A DNA stretch of 22,685 bases from assembly GCA_008369845.1 (NCBI GenBank), contig MRSU01000808.1, forward strand, positions 62,001 through 84,685, read 5' to 3'. This DNA is from Trichomonas gallinae (lineage: Eukaryota). Below, in pieces: positions 1 to 11,100 of the stretch (position 1 is its first letter; each line of letters starts with the position of its first letter). The notes beneath the pieces were generated by a model that did not search any database, was not told the DNA's origin, and was given only the letters and a program-made list of their open reading frames with translations. The position numbers were made by a program, and so were the translations under genes.

Positions 1-1886
1 GTCACTTTTGCATAGAAAATTTGGCACGTTTTTGGACAATTCGTTTCGAAACATTTGTTTTGATGTTATAATTCTAAATTTGTTGTTTTGGCCAGGAATA
101 TAATAATCAATTCAATTTTTTCAAAAAGACCATTCAAAACCTGTGATTATTTCGCAGTACGTTAGATTTGTTCATTGATTTTGCATGGCGAATAGCGCAA
201 ATGGTTGTCATATCGCATAACAGGCATATATTCTAAATTTTGGCTGTATTCGATTTTCCTTTGAACTCGTTGATCAAAGATTTTGCGTGCTTTGAATTTT
301 CAATGCGATTTTATTGGCGTGGAAGCATGATAAAAAAAGATCGGAATTTCAGGCATGTTATAAGTGAATAATGTTCTTTGGGATCGTATTATTGAGTTCA
401 TAACATTTAGACAATAAATCTTCCGATAGATTATTTTTTTGATGATTTTTCTGTCTTTATTAATATATTTTGCTGATTTTTTGGAATTATATATGTTTAT
501 GGTACTAGCTCTTCAATATGTTAGTTCCAAATTGCAAATTACACTTTGGAGGATCAATGCCTATTTCGTTTATAACAATGATTTATTATTATTCAAAATT
601 TCTATTTGTGTTGTGTTATATACATCTTGTATATGTCATTTAATACGAAATTATTGATATCCAACACCTCCATCCAGCTGGATGCGATTATTGGATGATC
701 TAAATATTTCAGCATTTGAAATCTTGAATCAGCATAATTATCACTTATATTTTCAAAAATATATGTAATTTTGTGGAAAGCAATAAATTGAAAATTGCTA
801 TTTTTAAAAAGTTGAAAATTGCTGAAAATCCATCTGCAAAACAACCAAACCATTGTTTACAATGGGTTCCTGAGACATATGGTTTAAAATGAATTGTTTT
901 GGCCTTTGAAAAGTAATTTTTTTGTGACTACTAATTATACATCTGATTTATGAATATAAATTCCGAAAAAGCACAAAAGAAAACAATATCATCGGCGGTT
1001 TATAAAAGGAAGTGTGCAAAGAAAAGTTTAAATTCAATTTTTAGCATGTCCATAATTATCAATAAGAATGATAATTCCAAATTTCAGTTTTTGTTGTAAA
1101 AATTTATGAATTCTAGCAGATTATCTTATATAAGATTATTCATATTATATAGAGTCTATTTAACATGAAATTGGTTAATTTTGAAGTAACTTGATTTTGA
1201 AAGTGATATTTGAAAAAATTGTGAAGAATATTTTTTTGGCTTTCAAAATTATCGGACGTAATAAATTTCATTTTCTCCAGAAGAATTTAGCTATTTAATG
1301 TATATTCTTTCTATTCGTTAGCATTTTCATATTTGCTATTTTATTTTACTTCTCAACAAAATTTGTTAATAATAGAATTAATTATTTGCACTAATTTTTT
1401 CACATTTTACTTTTTGACACTGTTCTAATTCATGCAATTATTAAAAAGAAAATATTCAAAATTAACTTGAAGGAAAAATCATCAAATAATTTACAGTATT
1501 ATTATCAATATTTAAAATGAAACTATTTTCTATTGTATTAATTTTGAATGTTCATTGAAAATAATACAATTGAAATTAATGCGGAGGAAAAACATGATGG
1601 AAAACAAATTTTTGTTGATTATTTTATCTATATTTTGATATTTTTTCTTGATTTCAAACTTTTAAAAAAATTGAAAAACATTTAAATAATTTTCTTATCA
1701 TTTTCATCAATATTAAACACTGAACTTGACTGTTCGATCATTTATTTTATCAATTTTCTATATTCGATTTTTTACTTGATAAAACTATTCTATTGACTTT
1801 ACTATATAATATTACAAGCAATTTACCTTTAATCAATTATAATTTGAATGTGTTTTCAAAAAATTCAATTTATTTTAGAAAACATA

Positions 1887-1897
1887 TCATTTCATAT
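1887..1897 (+). promoter_or_regulatory. Trichomonad initiator (Inr)-like element of cyclase gene 1
   Basis: TCATTTCATAT ends 7 nt before the ATG at 1905. TCATTT matches the T. vaginalis Inr consensus TCAYTW at the usual distance. Confidence 0.7.
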
Positions 1898-1904
1898 TTA
1901 AATA

Positions 1905-4900
1905 ATGGAAGAAGTCAGCTCTGTTGTGTCTGGTTCATCTGATAACTATGCAGGTTCTTCTATATCCAAATATGAAGGCTTAGTTGATATCCCAATAACA
2001 GACCGAATCATTGACTCACTTATCTCCTTGTTCAACTACTTTGATATATATGCACCAAAGATGGAGATAGTGTATTCGATCGTCACATGCTTCAGATTCT
2101 TTCAACTCCTTGGTGGTGCCTTCATGGCAGCGAATTTGAACAGTTTTGAACCGGGAACATTGACATTTAAGGCCATGAGTATCATTACTATACTTTTCCA
2201 TATCATCCCATTACAGTATAGAAGAGGAAAAGGCTGGATAATTTTAAGTTGCGTGAATCCACTTCTTCTTTTAATGGCAATTTATTTAATTATCACAGCA
2301 TTTATGTACAAATCAACATCTAAAGTACCAAAGATTTCAACTTTGATACTCAGCGTCTTCATGGCTTCCGGACCATTTTTATTATTGCCAATTTCTGCAC
2401 AATATGCAGGGCAAATGTTATCGGGCAATATAGCAGGTACAGTAACTCCAGATCTGAAGAATAATATATCCATTTCCCTATCACTTGTCGCAATTTTATT
2501 GTGGATGTGGATAATTATCAAGGCAAACTCCATTGCATTAGTGTTCAGACAACGTTCATTTGCTTCTATTGAAGGTTCCCCACAGACAAAACTCTTAATT
2601 ACAACCACAGTCGTAACTTTTGCGTCAGCATTAACTACGAACCTTGGTTCCTATCCATCAGCCGCGATGATGATTCTTTGTATCTTCCTTTACATTTATT
2701 GCTCAACAACATGTTTCAATTGCGCAACTTTTATTAAACGCAGTCATCAAATCTTGGTTTTAGGTGCTTGTATTTTGGGAATCATACTATGTGGAGCGAA
2801 TATGTACACTGTATTTGCTGATAAAGCCTGGGATCCGAAATTTTTCGTTGGATTTGGAATTATCGCTGTAATTACTTTTGTCTCCGTCTCATTTTACATT
2901 AAGAAGAAAGAACAAAAGGATCTTAGACTACTAGATGAAGTAGAAGACCAAAATACCATTTTAAAGAACGTTAAAAAGTTCAAATCTCTTCTATCTTCAG
3001 GCTACTCTTATAACCACCCAGTCTGTGTATCATTCAAAATATTCAAATTAGCAGTTACTGAGTGGAAAGATAACTTATCTGTTTGGGGAACGTATGCAAA
3101 ATTTGTTGGAATCTATCCAGAGCAAAATACTCAGTTAGAATTCATTGCTCAGAGTGTTTCCAATATCAAAACCAAGAGCACAATCCTCAAAAACGTTATT
3201 TTATCGAGTACAGGATATATTATCAAAACAAGAGAGACAAAGTTCACATCTCAGCTCAAAAGCAAGATTTCTAAGCTTGGAAAACTCTTTGACAAGACAA
3301 AAGCAAGAATAAGAAACATTTGGGACTTGACATTACAAGGAAACACGAATGAAATGAACACAGCGATAAAATATTCGCAGGAATCAGTCAATGAATGCGA
3401 AGTAGAGATGATGCACTTGAAGCAGCAGTATCCAAACAATAAATATGTCGCAAGGCAATATGTTAAATTCTTGAGCGAAATAAAAGGCGACCAAATTGCT
3501 GCAAAGCAAGCTTACGAAGACTTAATCAAGCTCAGCAGAGGACTACAGATCACAGTTGACACAATACATGAACTTGGAATGATGGCTTACCCGAATTTGC
3601 CCGACGTATGTCATAACATTGAACTTCCTTCACAGCTGAAATTAACTGAACTAGAATCATTAGGAAATGATGACGCAATAATTGATGACAACACAAACTA
3701 CGAAGCACTAGAAACAATAGCGAAGCAGATTGATAAGCACAAAGTCCCAGCAACAGGCTTCATGATTTGGTCAACAATCATCTGCTATTTATTATTAGTT
3801 TTAATTCCTTTGATTTTAGCTACCATTGGTTTTGAATGGTTCCAAACTGAACTTTCAAAGCCAGTTGTTTTCATGCAGGGAATTGCTTTCACAAGAGATA
3901 TAGTTTCTATTTTAACAGGCTACGTTGGAAGATTTTTGTTCCAAGAACTTGATGATCCATATTTTCCTGATAGAAAAATCCAGCCGGCATTGAAATTGTT
4001 GCCGAATTTCGACATGGAAGCTTATGGAGGATTCAAAGCAACGAGACCAATTGTCAATCACATAGCATCAACTGTTGCTGAAGCAAATAAATTGATGAAC
4101 ACAATAAGAAGTTATAGACACGGAGACAAATATATCGAAAAAGTTAGGGATTTGTTGTTCAAGAATTCGATTAATTTCTCGATGTATTTAAATAGAACAA
4201 ATATCATCGATACATTAACATCTGTTTCTGAAGCTTCTTACATGCTTACCTCACATGTAGGAAAGTTACTTGATGTAGAAGTTATTACTCCTGAAGTTGC
4301 CTGCAGCATGGATTCATTGACAGTAAGAAACAACTTACAAGGTACACTAGTATCCACAGGAAATGCTTTGTTAACAATGATCGAATTCTTGAAAAATATC
4401 AACGCAACTTATCAGATGTGGTTCAAAATAGCAATACTTGTTGCAATATTAATCAACATCATTGTTTATCCTGTTGTTTATTTCCTTCAAATCAAGAAAT
4501 TAAGGGAGAACAGACAAGAAATTTTATTCACTTTAACTACTCTTCCTAAGACAGTAATTTCAGGAATTTCTGCTTCATTGAACAAACTGAAGAGTGGAAT
4601 AGAAGGAAAACAGTCAGGATACATGTCCGAGTCATCAGATAATGAACTTTCAAAACAAGAAGAATCAATCATCAAATTATTCTCAAGTATATCTGATGGA
4701 CAATCAAAAGCATCAATTGAAGCATCAAACTTCATTTGTTTCTTATTGATTATGATCTTATCCTGCTTGAGTTATTATTTGACAATGAATTGTTTCATTT
4801 CTTCATCAGAAAATGTCGTTTTCAATTCTCATCACATCAACTATTTATATGGTGCTTGTGCTTACTTGTTCAGTATCATGGCAGCAATTTTCAAGATTGC

Positions 4901-6554
4901 ATTAGCGAAATATCATCCTGTTTTTGAGAATTCAATCATTGATACAATAGAAGAAGTTGATTTGATTGGTGAAAGAATTCCAAAACTTGTTCAATTCTTT
5001 CAAATGATTCGTTTGGGTGGAGCTGATATCAGAGAAATTCCATTCGAAGAAATGGGGCAATACATCAAAGCAGCATCAGATGCTTTAACATGTGATAATG
5101 CGACAATGCCACCATTAACTATTCCAGAAAGCACTCATTGTTTTACATCTGCTCAGCAATTATATGTTTCTACAATTTACATCAAGAAGATATACGGATT
5201 AATGAAGAATGATCCACCGATTTGGCCAAATGCTTCATCAAGGGAGCTCCAAGATTTGTGGCAGATTGGTCCGATAGAATTATATGCTTCATTCTTCCAT
5301 AAAGCAGGTGACGCTATTGTTCCTTTGATTCTCAAAGATATGGAGAAGCAACACGTTAAAATCGTTGAGTACGCGATATTGTTCATCGTATTAAATGCTC
5401 TGATTTCAATAATTGTGATCATCATGGCAAAAAGGGAAGAAGTTGTCTTAAAATATGCTCTTAGATTATTCATGAGATGTCCACCAACTTCAATAATGCA
5501 CAACCAGAATATCATGGACTTGTTGTCAGGAAACTACAGCATGAGATTAGATGCTCATTCCGATTCTCATGTTTGGTTCACTAATGAGGTTGTTTCTAAG
5601 TTGAACGATGTTGTAATTGTATGTCAGGAAGAAACAGGAAACATTATTACAGTTAACACAGCTTTTGAGGATATGTTTGGAATCAAACAGGAAGAAGCTG
5701 AAAAAATGAACATCAAAGAATTCTTCACGAATCAAAGATTCACTACAGACAAAATAGAAAAAGTTTTCAATCAGACAACAAACTTGATTTACACGAAAGA
5801 TGATTCAGAAAAAATTTATCTAGAGTTTTCAAACAGCTCAATCTCTGGACGTAAAATCTTTTCAGGAAGCAATCAGACTCAAATTGTTATGCACGAAAAA
5901 CTCATTCGCGACGAAAAGAAGAAATCAGATTCAATGCTTGCATCAATTCTCCCTCCAATGCTCGTTCCAAGAGTTCAAGCTGGAGAGAAGAACATATCTT
6001 TCTCAGTCCAATCTGCGACAATTCTATTTTTGGATGTAGTTGAGTTCACTCCATGGTGTGGCTCACATGATGCACAGTATGTCATGAGAATGCTCAATAT
6101 CATGTTCAAAGAATTCGACGCGATTACTAATGCGCATAAGACGATGACTAAGATCAAGTGCATTGGTGATTGTTATATGGCAGCTGGTGGCATTTTCGAT
6201 GAAGTAAATCAGCCAGCTGTTCACGCGAAAGAAGTTGTTGACTTTGGTTGTCTTGTTATCAAGAAACTTATAGAGATTGATGAAAGTGAAAATGAAAGCC
6301 TAAGGATCAGAGTAGGTATCAATACAGGAGGTCCAATTGTTGCTGGTGTCATTGGAACAGAGAAACCAACTTTCGAAATTCTTGGTCCAGCAATTAACAT
6401 TGCACACGAGATGGAGCATCACGGTGTTCCAATGAAAGTCCACATTTCTCGCCCAGTCTATGAACTTATTTACGGTCAGCAATTCGACATCAAAGAACGT
6501 GGTGAGATTGACGTCAAAGGTGGAAAAATGTTTACTTATCTTGTAGAACCTTAA
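1905..6554 (+). CDS. Transmembrane adenylate/guanylate cyclase (class III) with PAS domain, Trichomonas TMAC family, paralog 1
   Basis: Uninterrupted 1549-aa ORF with many hydrophobic segments. A PAS-like segment (LNDVVIVCQEETGNIITVNTAFEDMFG) precedes C-terminal cyclase motifs ILFLDVVEFT, KIKCIGDCYMAAGG, RIRVGINTGGPIVAGVIG and VKGG. Confidence 0.96.
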   Translation: MEEVSSVVSGSSDNYAGSSISKYEGLVDIPITDRIIDSLISLFNYFDIYAPKMEIVYSIVTCFRFFQLLGGAFMAANLNSFEPGTLTFKAMSIITILFHIIPLQYRRGKGWIILSCVNPLLLLMAIYLIITAFMYKSTSKVPKISTLILSVFMASGPFLLLPISAQYAGQMLSGNIAGTVTPDLKNNISISLSLVAILLWMWIIIKANSIALVFRQRSFASIEGSPQTKLLITTTVVTFASALTTNLGSYPSAAMMILCIFLYIYCSTTCFNCATFIKRSHQILVLGACILGIILCGANMYTVFADKAWDPKFFVGFGIIAVITFVSVSFYIKKKEQKDLRLLDEVEDQNTILKNVKKFKSLLSSGYSYNHPVCVSFKIFKLAVTEWKDNLSVWGTYAKFVGIYPEQNTQLEFIAQSVSNIKTKSTILKNVILSSTGYIIKTRETKFTSQLKSKISKLGKLFDKTKARIRNIWDLTLQGNTNEMNTAIKYSQESVNECEVEMMHLKQQYPNNKYVARQYVKFLSEIKGDQIAAKQAYEDLIKLSRGLQITVDTIHELGMMAYPNLPDVCHNIELPSQLKLTELESLGNDDAIIDDNTNYEALETIAKQIDKHKVPATGFMIWSTIICYLLLVLIPLILATIGFEWFQTELSKPVVFMQGIAFTRDIVSILTGYVGRFLFQELDDPYFPDRKIQPALKLLPNFDMEAYGGFKATRPIVNHIASTVAEANKLMNTIRSYRHGDKYIEKVRDLLFKNSINFSMYLNRTNIIDTLTSVSEASYMLTSHVGKLLDVEVITPEVACSMDSLTVRNNLQGTLVSTGNALLTMIEFLKNINATYQMWFKIAILVAILINIIVYPVVYFLQIKKLRENRQEILFTLTTLPKTVISGISASLNKLKSGIEGKQSGYMSESSDNELSKQEESIIKLFSSISDGQSKASIEASNFICFLLIMILSCLSYYLTMNCFISSSENVVFNSHHINYLYGACAYLFSIMAAIFKIALAKYHPVFENSIIDTIEEVDLIGERIPKLVQFFQMIRLGGADIREIPFEEMGQYIKAASDALTCDNATMPPLTIPESTHCFTSAQQLYVSTIYIKKIYGLMKNDPPIWPNASSRELQDLWQIGPIELYASFFHKAGDAIVPLILKDMEKQHVKIVEYAILFIVLNALISIIVIIMAKREEVVLKYALRLFMRCPPTSIMHNQNIMDLLSGNYSMRLDAHSDSHVWFTNEVVSKLNDVVIVCQEETGNIITVNTAFEDMFGIKQEEAEKMNIKEFFTNQRFTTDKIEKVFNQTTNLIYTKDDSEKIYLEFSNSSISGRKIFSGSNQTQIVMHEKLIRDEKKKSDSMLASILPPMLVPRVQAGEKNISFSVQSATILFLDVVEFTPWCGSHDAQYVMRMLNIMFKEFDAITNAHKTMTKIKCIGDCYMAAGGIFDEVNQPAVHAKEVVDFGCLVIKKLIEIDESENESLRIRVGINTGGPIVAGVIGTEKPTFEILGPAINIAHEMEHHGVPMKVHISRPVYELIYGQQFDIKERGEIDVKGGKMFTYLVEP

Positions 6555-6555
6555 T

Positions 6556-6786
6556 TTATGTTTGTAAAATTACTTTATTTGTCCAACTTTATTTTATTTG
6601 TCAAATACAAACGTCAGATTTATTTTTTGTCAAAATTTAGTTTATTAGTCAAACTATAGCATCAAAATTTTACTTATTTGTCAAAATTTATTTTATATGT
6701 CAAAATCAGTTTATTTGTCAATATCATTCTTCAAATTTAATTGAATTTGTCAGTCATATGACTTTATTTGTCAGATTTTATTTATA
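6556..6786. repeat. Degenerate minisatellite with core TTTATTTGTCAAA
   Basis: About 13 units. GTC-type cores lie at 6564, 6581, 6600, 6613, 6629, 6648, 6661, 6680, 6699, 6717, 6730, 6749 and 6770, spaced 13-21 bp apart. Confidence 0.8.
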
Positions 6787-8157
6787 TTAATAATAAATTC
6801 AATATAACTATACATAACCGAACTCAACCATGATGATAAACTGCCAGTATATGTAGTTATACAGGGATTTATATTAACTAAATGCTATATTAATTAACAT
6901 CATTTTTTGATATGATTTGAAGACTTATACGCATTTCTTACAGAGACGCTCAAAACCATTCATAGCATCTGCAGATCTATATTTTGCATTGACCTTAAAC
7001 GTAAAGGAATTGAATCATTTACAAAAAGCGTCTTTTTTCTTTTGATGAGTTTTTTGTAAATTCCTCTGGATATATTATAATACTAAATTTATTCTTGATC
7101 ATTTCGCTAAGAAAAATGAAAAGTGCCACCTATCTATTATTTTTACACCAGACCTGTCAACTTAATTTTATTTCCTGCGACCGGAACCCTCATTATTAGC
7201 GATTTGGGCCCGTATATCACTTAAATTTTGTTCTTATTATATAATAATGACAATGAAATCCAAAACAATACATAAGATTTTATCTTTTTGTTGTTTCATG
7301 AATGCGAACGATGTTTAAAATAGATGGGTTGACAGTATCTATCTTGTTTTCCCTGCCTGTCATTGCTCAAAAAAGACAAATGATATTTAGGAATCATATA
7401 AAATTGATTTATTGAGATAAATATGCGCACTGTCATTAATGCGATTATATATTAAGCGCTTTTCGAGTGCGGCTTGATTATTTTTCTCATTCACAATTTT
7501 GTTATAACCTTTTTCAATGGATTGTTCAGTCATTGGCTTAACCAAAATTAACTATGATAGTAGAGCAAAACTAACCAGCTTGTTCTTTATCATCGATAAG
7601 AGCATCAATAGCTTTTAATTTTTATTCGTAATAGATAAATTACGATCAAAAAAATTCGATCTACAGACAATATGACAACACAGTATGATAAAAATAATCA
7701 ATATTCAGAAATTACGGGTTTTATTTTTATTTTAAAACCTCGCCCGTACTATATCATATGACATATAATTGATTGAATAACGCTTCGTTTTCAACGTTCT
7801 TTTCAAAAACGCACCTTCTAGTTTTTTTATTCTTTATATTTAATATAGTGCATCATTTTGTATTCGATAACGATTCGAATTTGATTATTCAACGCAATAT
7901 TTTATGTTCATAGTTTTGCTTTAGTTTTTCTGGTAATATTATAATATGTATTTTAGCTTCTGTAACGTTCCATTTTTGCTTCAGAATTTTCAATCGATTT
8001 TTGAAATATATCTGAAACTGCAAAAATCAGAAAAAAAATAATCCTAGTCATAATACTTATAATTAGGAGCTTGTTTGGATTCTGTTTTAAGATATAAATT
8101 TGAATAACTAAAGAAAATTTGTATTCTTGTTCTGACAAAAATTACTAAAATTTTATA

Positions 8158-11100
8158 ATGGAGGATACACATGGGGGCGTATCACGTGGGAGTTCAATGT
8201 TTCAATCCACGTTGTCCTCTAAAGTCTATGACCTCATTGATGTTCCATTAAATCAGAAAATTCGAGAAAATGTATCAGCCTTATTTAATTATTTGGATAT
8301 GTACGGGCCTAAAATACCTTTCTTGCATGTCATTGTTACATATATAAGGCTGTTTCAATACATTGGTGGCTCATTTATGGCTACAAACCAAGCTGTATTC
8401 GATCGTGGAACGTTATCATTTAAAGTTATTGATATAGTTTCTGTATTGTTTCATATTATACCAGTTAGTTACAGAGAAGGTATTGAATGGATTGTACTCT
8501 ATGTAAGCAATGGAATTTTAACAATTTTCTTATTTTACCTTATTATAACTTCTTTTCGATATAGAGCAACATCAGTGGTGTCAAAGAGAACAACTTTCCT
8601 GCTTACAATATTCATGTCGTTTGTTCCATTCATTTTGATTCCGATTTCGATTCAATATGCAGGCCAAATCATATCGCTAGCATTCGTAAGCGTCAAAGCT
8701 ATCCCACTTGTTAGTTTGATAGCGATTGGTTTCACTATCTTCAACTTTGTGATGTATTCATGGATTATCGTCGCATGTTATACGAAGACATTGACATTTA
8801 GGAACTACTCTTTCCAGTCCATAGAAGGTGGTCCACAATGCAAGCTCTTCTTCATGACAAACTTGATCACTTTCGTTTCCTCAATCACATCATATCTGAA
8901 ACCATGGTATTCATTCGGCTTAGTCATCTTTTCAGCCCTGTGTTACTTGTACAACCTCACAACAGTCTTCAACTGCGGCACATTCGTTTTCACAAGGGAT
9001 CAAACAATGGTTCTCGGCGGCTCGATTTTAGGTTTTCTTCTCTGTTGTGCCTCAGTTTATCCAATTTTGGATGATGATGAGTGGCCTGATTATTTCCCAG
9101 CATGTTTAGCAGGTGTCGCTGTCATCGTCTTCGCTTTGTCAAATTATTTCATCCAGAGGAGAGTAAGGAAAGATTTGCTTTTATTGGACGAATTCGAGTC
9201 AACTTTAAATTTCGACATAATCGGCTCCAAAAACAAATTCAAGCAGATTGTTGGAAGTGGATTCGCCAACAATCATCAGATGTGCGCTGACTTCATTGTC
9301 TTCAAGGCTGCTGTAGAAAAGTGGCCAAATGACATTGATGTCTGGTTCATTTATGCCAAGTTTGTATCAATTTATCCAGAACTTTCGTCTGTTTTGATTT
9401 TCATTTCCACATCAATGCAACACTTAGTCAAGAAGAATCCAGAGACAAAGCACATTATCAATAACATCGGCCAAATCATCAAATCAAGAGAATCAAAATT
9501 CTCTCAAGATGTCAAATCGAGAATTGCCAAACTCACGAAACAGTTCAACAAGACCAAAGCGAAACTGAGAAACATCTGGGATTTAATCCTTCAAGGAAAC
9601 ACAAATGAATTGGATTATGCAATTAAGAACGCATTCGAAAACACTCATATTTCTGAAGTTGAAGTAAACCAGTTGATGATGTTGTATCCAAACAACAGAT
9701 ACGTCATGAGGCAGTACTACAAGTTCCTCAATGAAATTAAGTCTGATCTTCTTGGTGCCCGAAAATGCCAAGATAACATTGTGTTGTTGCAGAAAGGAAT
9801 CAGCATCAACCAAGATACGCTTTACGAGCTTGGTTATATCGCTTTCCCATACATGAGTGAATTCACAGATATGCTGGCGAATAAGAGCGAAAGAATTACA
9901 ACAGATAACGAAGTTTCTGGCCTCGATGAAGTCATAGGTGAAGATTTTGATTCACAAAAGATCGAATCACTTAAGAAACTCATTGACAACGCCAAAATTC
10001 CAGCAATTAAGTTCATGCTTCTTGCAACAATTATCCCTTACATTTTCTTCGTCCTCATTCCAGTTTTAGTTATGGGCGTCAGCTTCACATATTATGCAAA
10101 TAAACTCGAAGAGCCACTCAACTACTTGTATGGTATTGCATACATCAGAAACCTCATCAACATGTTGCCAACATTCATTGGTAAATATGTTCTCGAAGAA
10201 ATGGATGATCCTAAGAACACATCGCAGAAATTGATGGGACACACTCAGCTGGATCCTAGACTTGAATTGAAATCATATGGCAGATACAGAACAATGAAAG
10301 AAATTACTCAATACTTATGTTCAATTGTTCCGGATACAACAAAACTGTTAACTGGATTAAGAACATTCAAGGAAGGTAATGCAATCATTGAAGAGGTTAG
10401 AACTAAGGTTTTCTCGAATGTTTTACCTTTCAACTTTTATCTTAACTCAAAGGATGTAAGAAAAACGCAAACAAGCTTAGTCCAACTGATTTACATGATT
10501 GCTACTCATTGCACAAAAGTCCTCGAATTCACAGTTGTCGATGTATCTGTTGGTGCAGGCTTGGATGCAGTCACATCAAGAAGTAATGATGTAACAACAA
10601 CAAGAGTTTCGAGTGAAGCCTTGATGAGGACAGTTGATTACATCCGTGAACAAGATTCATTCTATCAAAAGCTCTTCCAAGGAATGATGTTTGCTGGAAT
10701 CGGTTTAGCAATTATTGTTTTCTCAGTTTTAACTTCAGTGGAACTCAAGAAACTTAAGAAATGCAAAGAAGTGTTATACGGAATTTTCGCAACATTGCCG
10801 AAAGTTGTTTTGTCAAACATCTCTATGAGCTTCAACAAGACTGAAGCAAACATGTCTTCGACAATGAAAGCTTCAGCTAATTCGGATGTCAACAAACAAG
10901 AAGAAGGCATCATTAAGATTTTCTCTTCTGTGAACGATGGAAGTGATTCTGGCTCATTCCACACATTCATTATTTTCGATATGATTGTCATCTGCGCATG
11001 CAGCTGCTTAGCATTTTTAGTCCTTATGGAAAGCTACAGCAAGGCTTCAAATACATTAGTATCCAGCTGCCATCACATCAACTATCTTTATGGATCCATA

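Noticed and set aside
1..1060. Short ORFs 439-657 (+) and 602-853 (-), plus protein-like minus-strand fragments (FAHFLL, KQWFGCFADG, NLTYCEI)
   Set aside because: Possibly an old pseudogene, but the frames are full of stops and I could not match a family convincingly. A BLASTX search is needed.
6556..6786. Repeat array considered as a CRISPR-like array
   Set aside because: Units are short and degenerate with no unique spacers, there are no cas genes, and the context is eukaryotic.
6800..7480. Slightly GC-richer intergenic patches, a C-box-like ATGATGA at 6830 and a weak inverted repeat CTGTCAAC/GTTGACAG (7154/7328)
   Set aside because: No D box at a suitable distance, the 8-bp repeat is at chance level, and no recognisable peptide is encoded.
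7569..7582. ACTAAC as a possible intron branch point
   Set aside because: It is intergenic and does not match the trichomonad ACTAACACACAG-type 3' motif. All genes here are uninterrupted ORFs.
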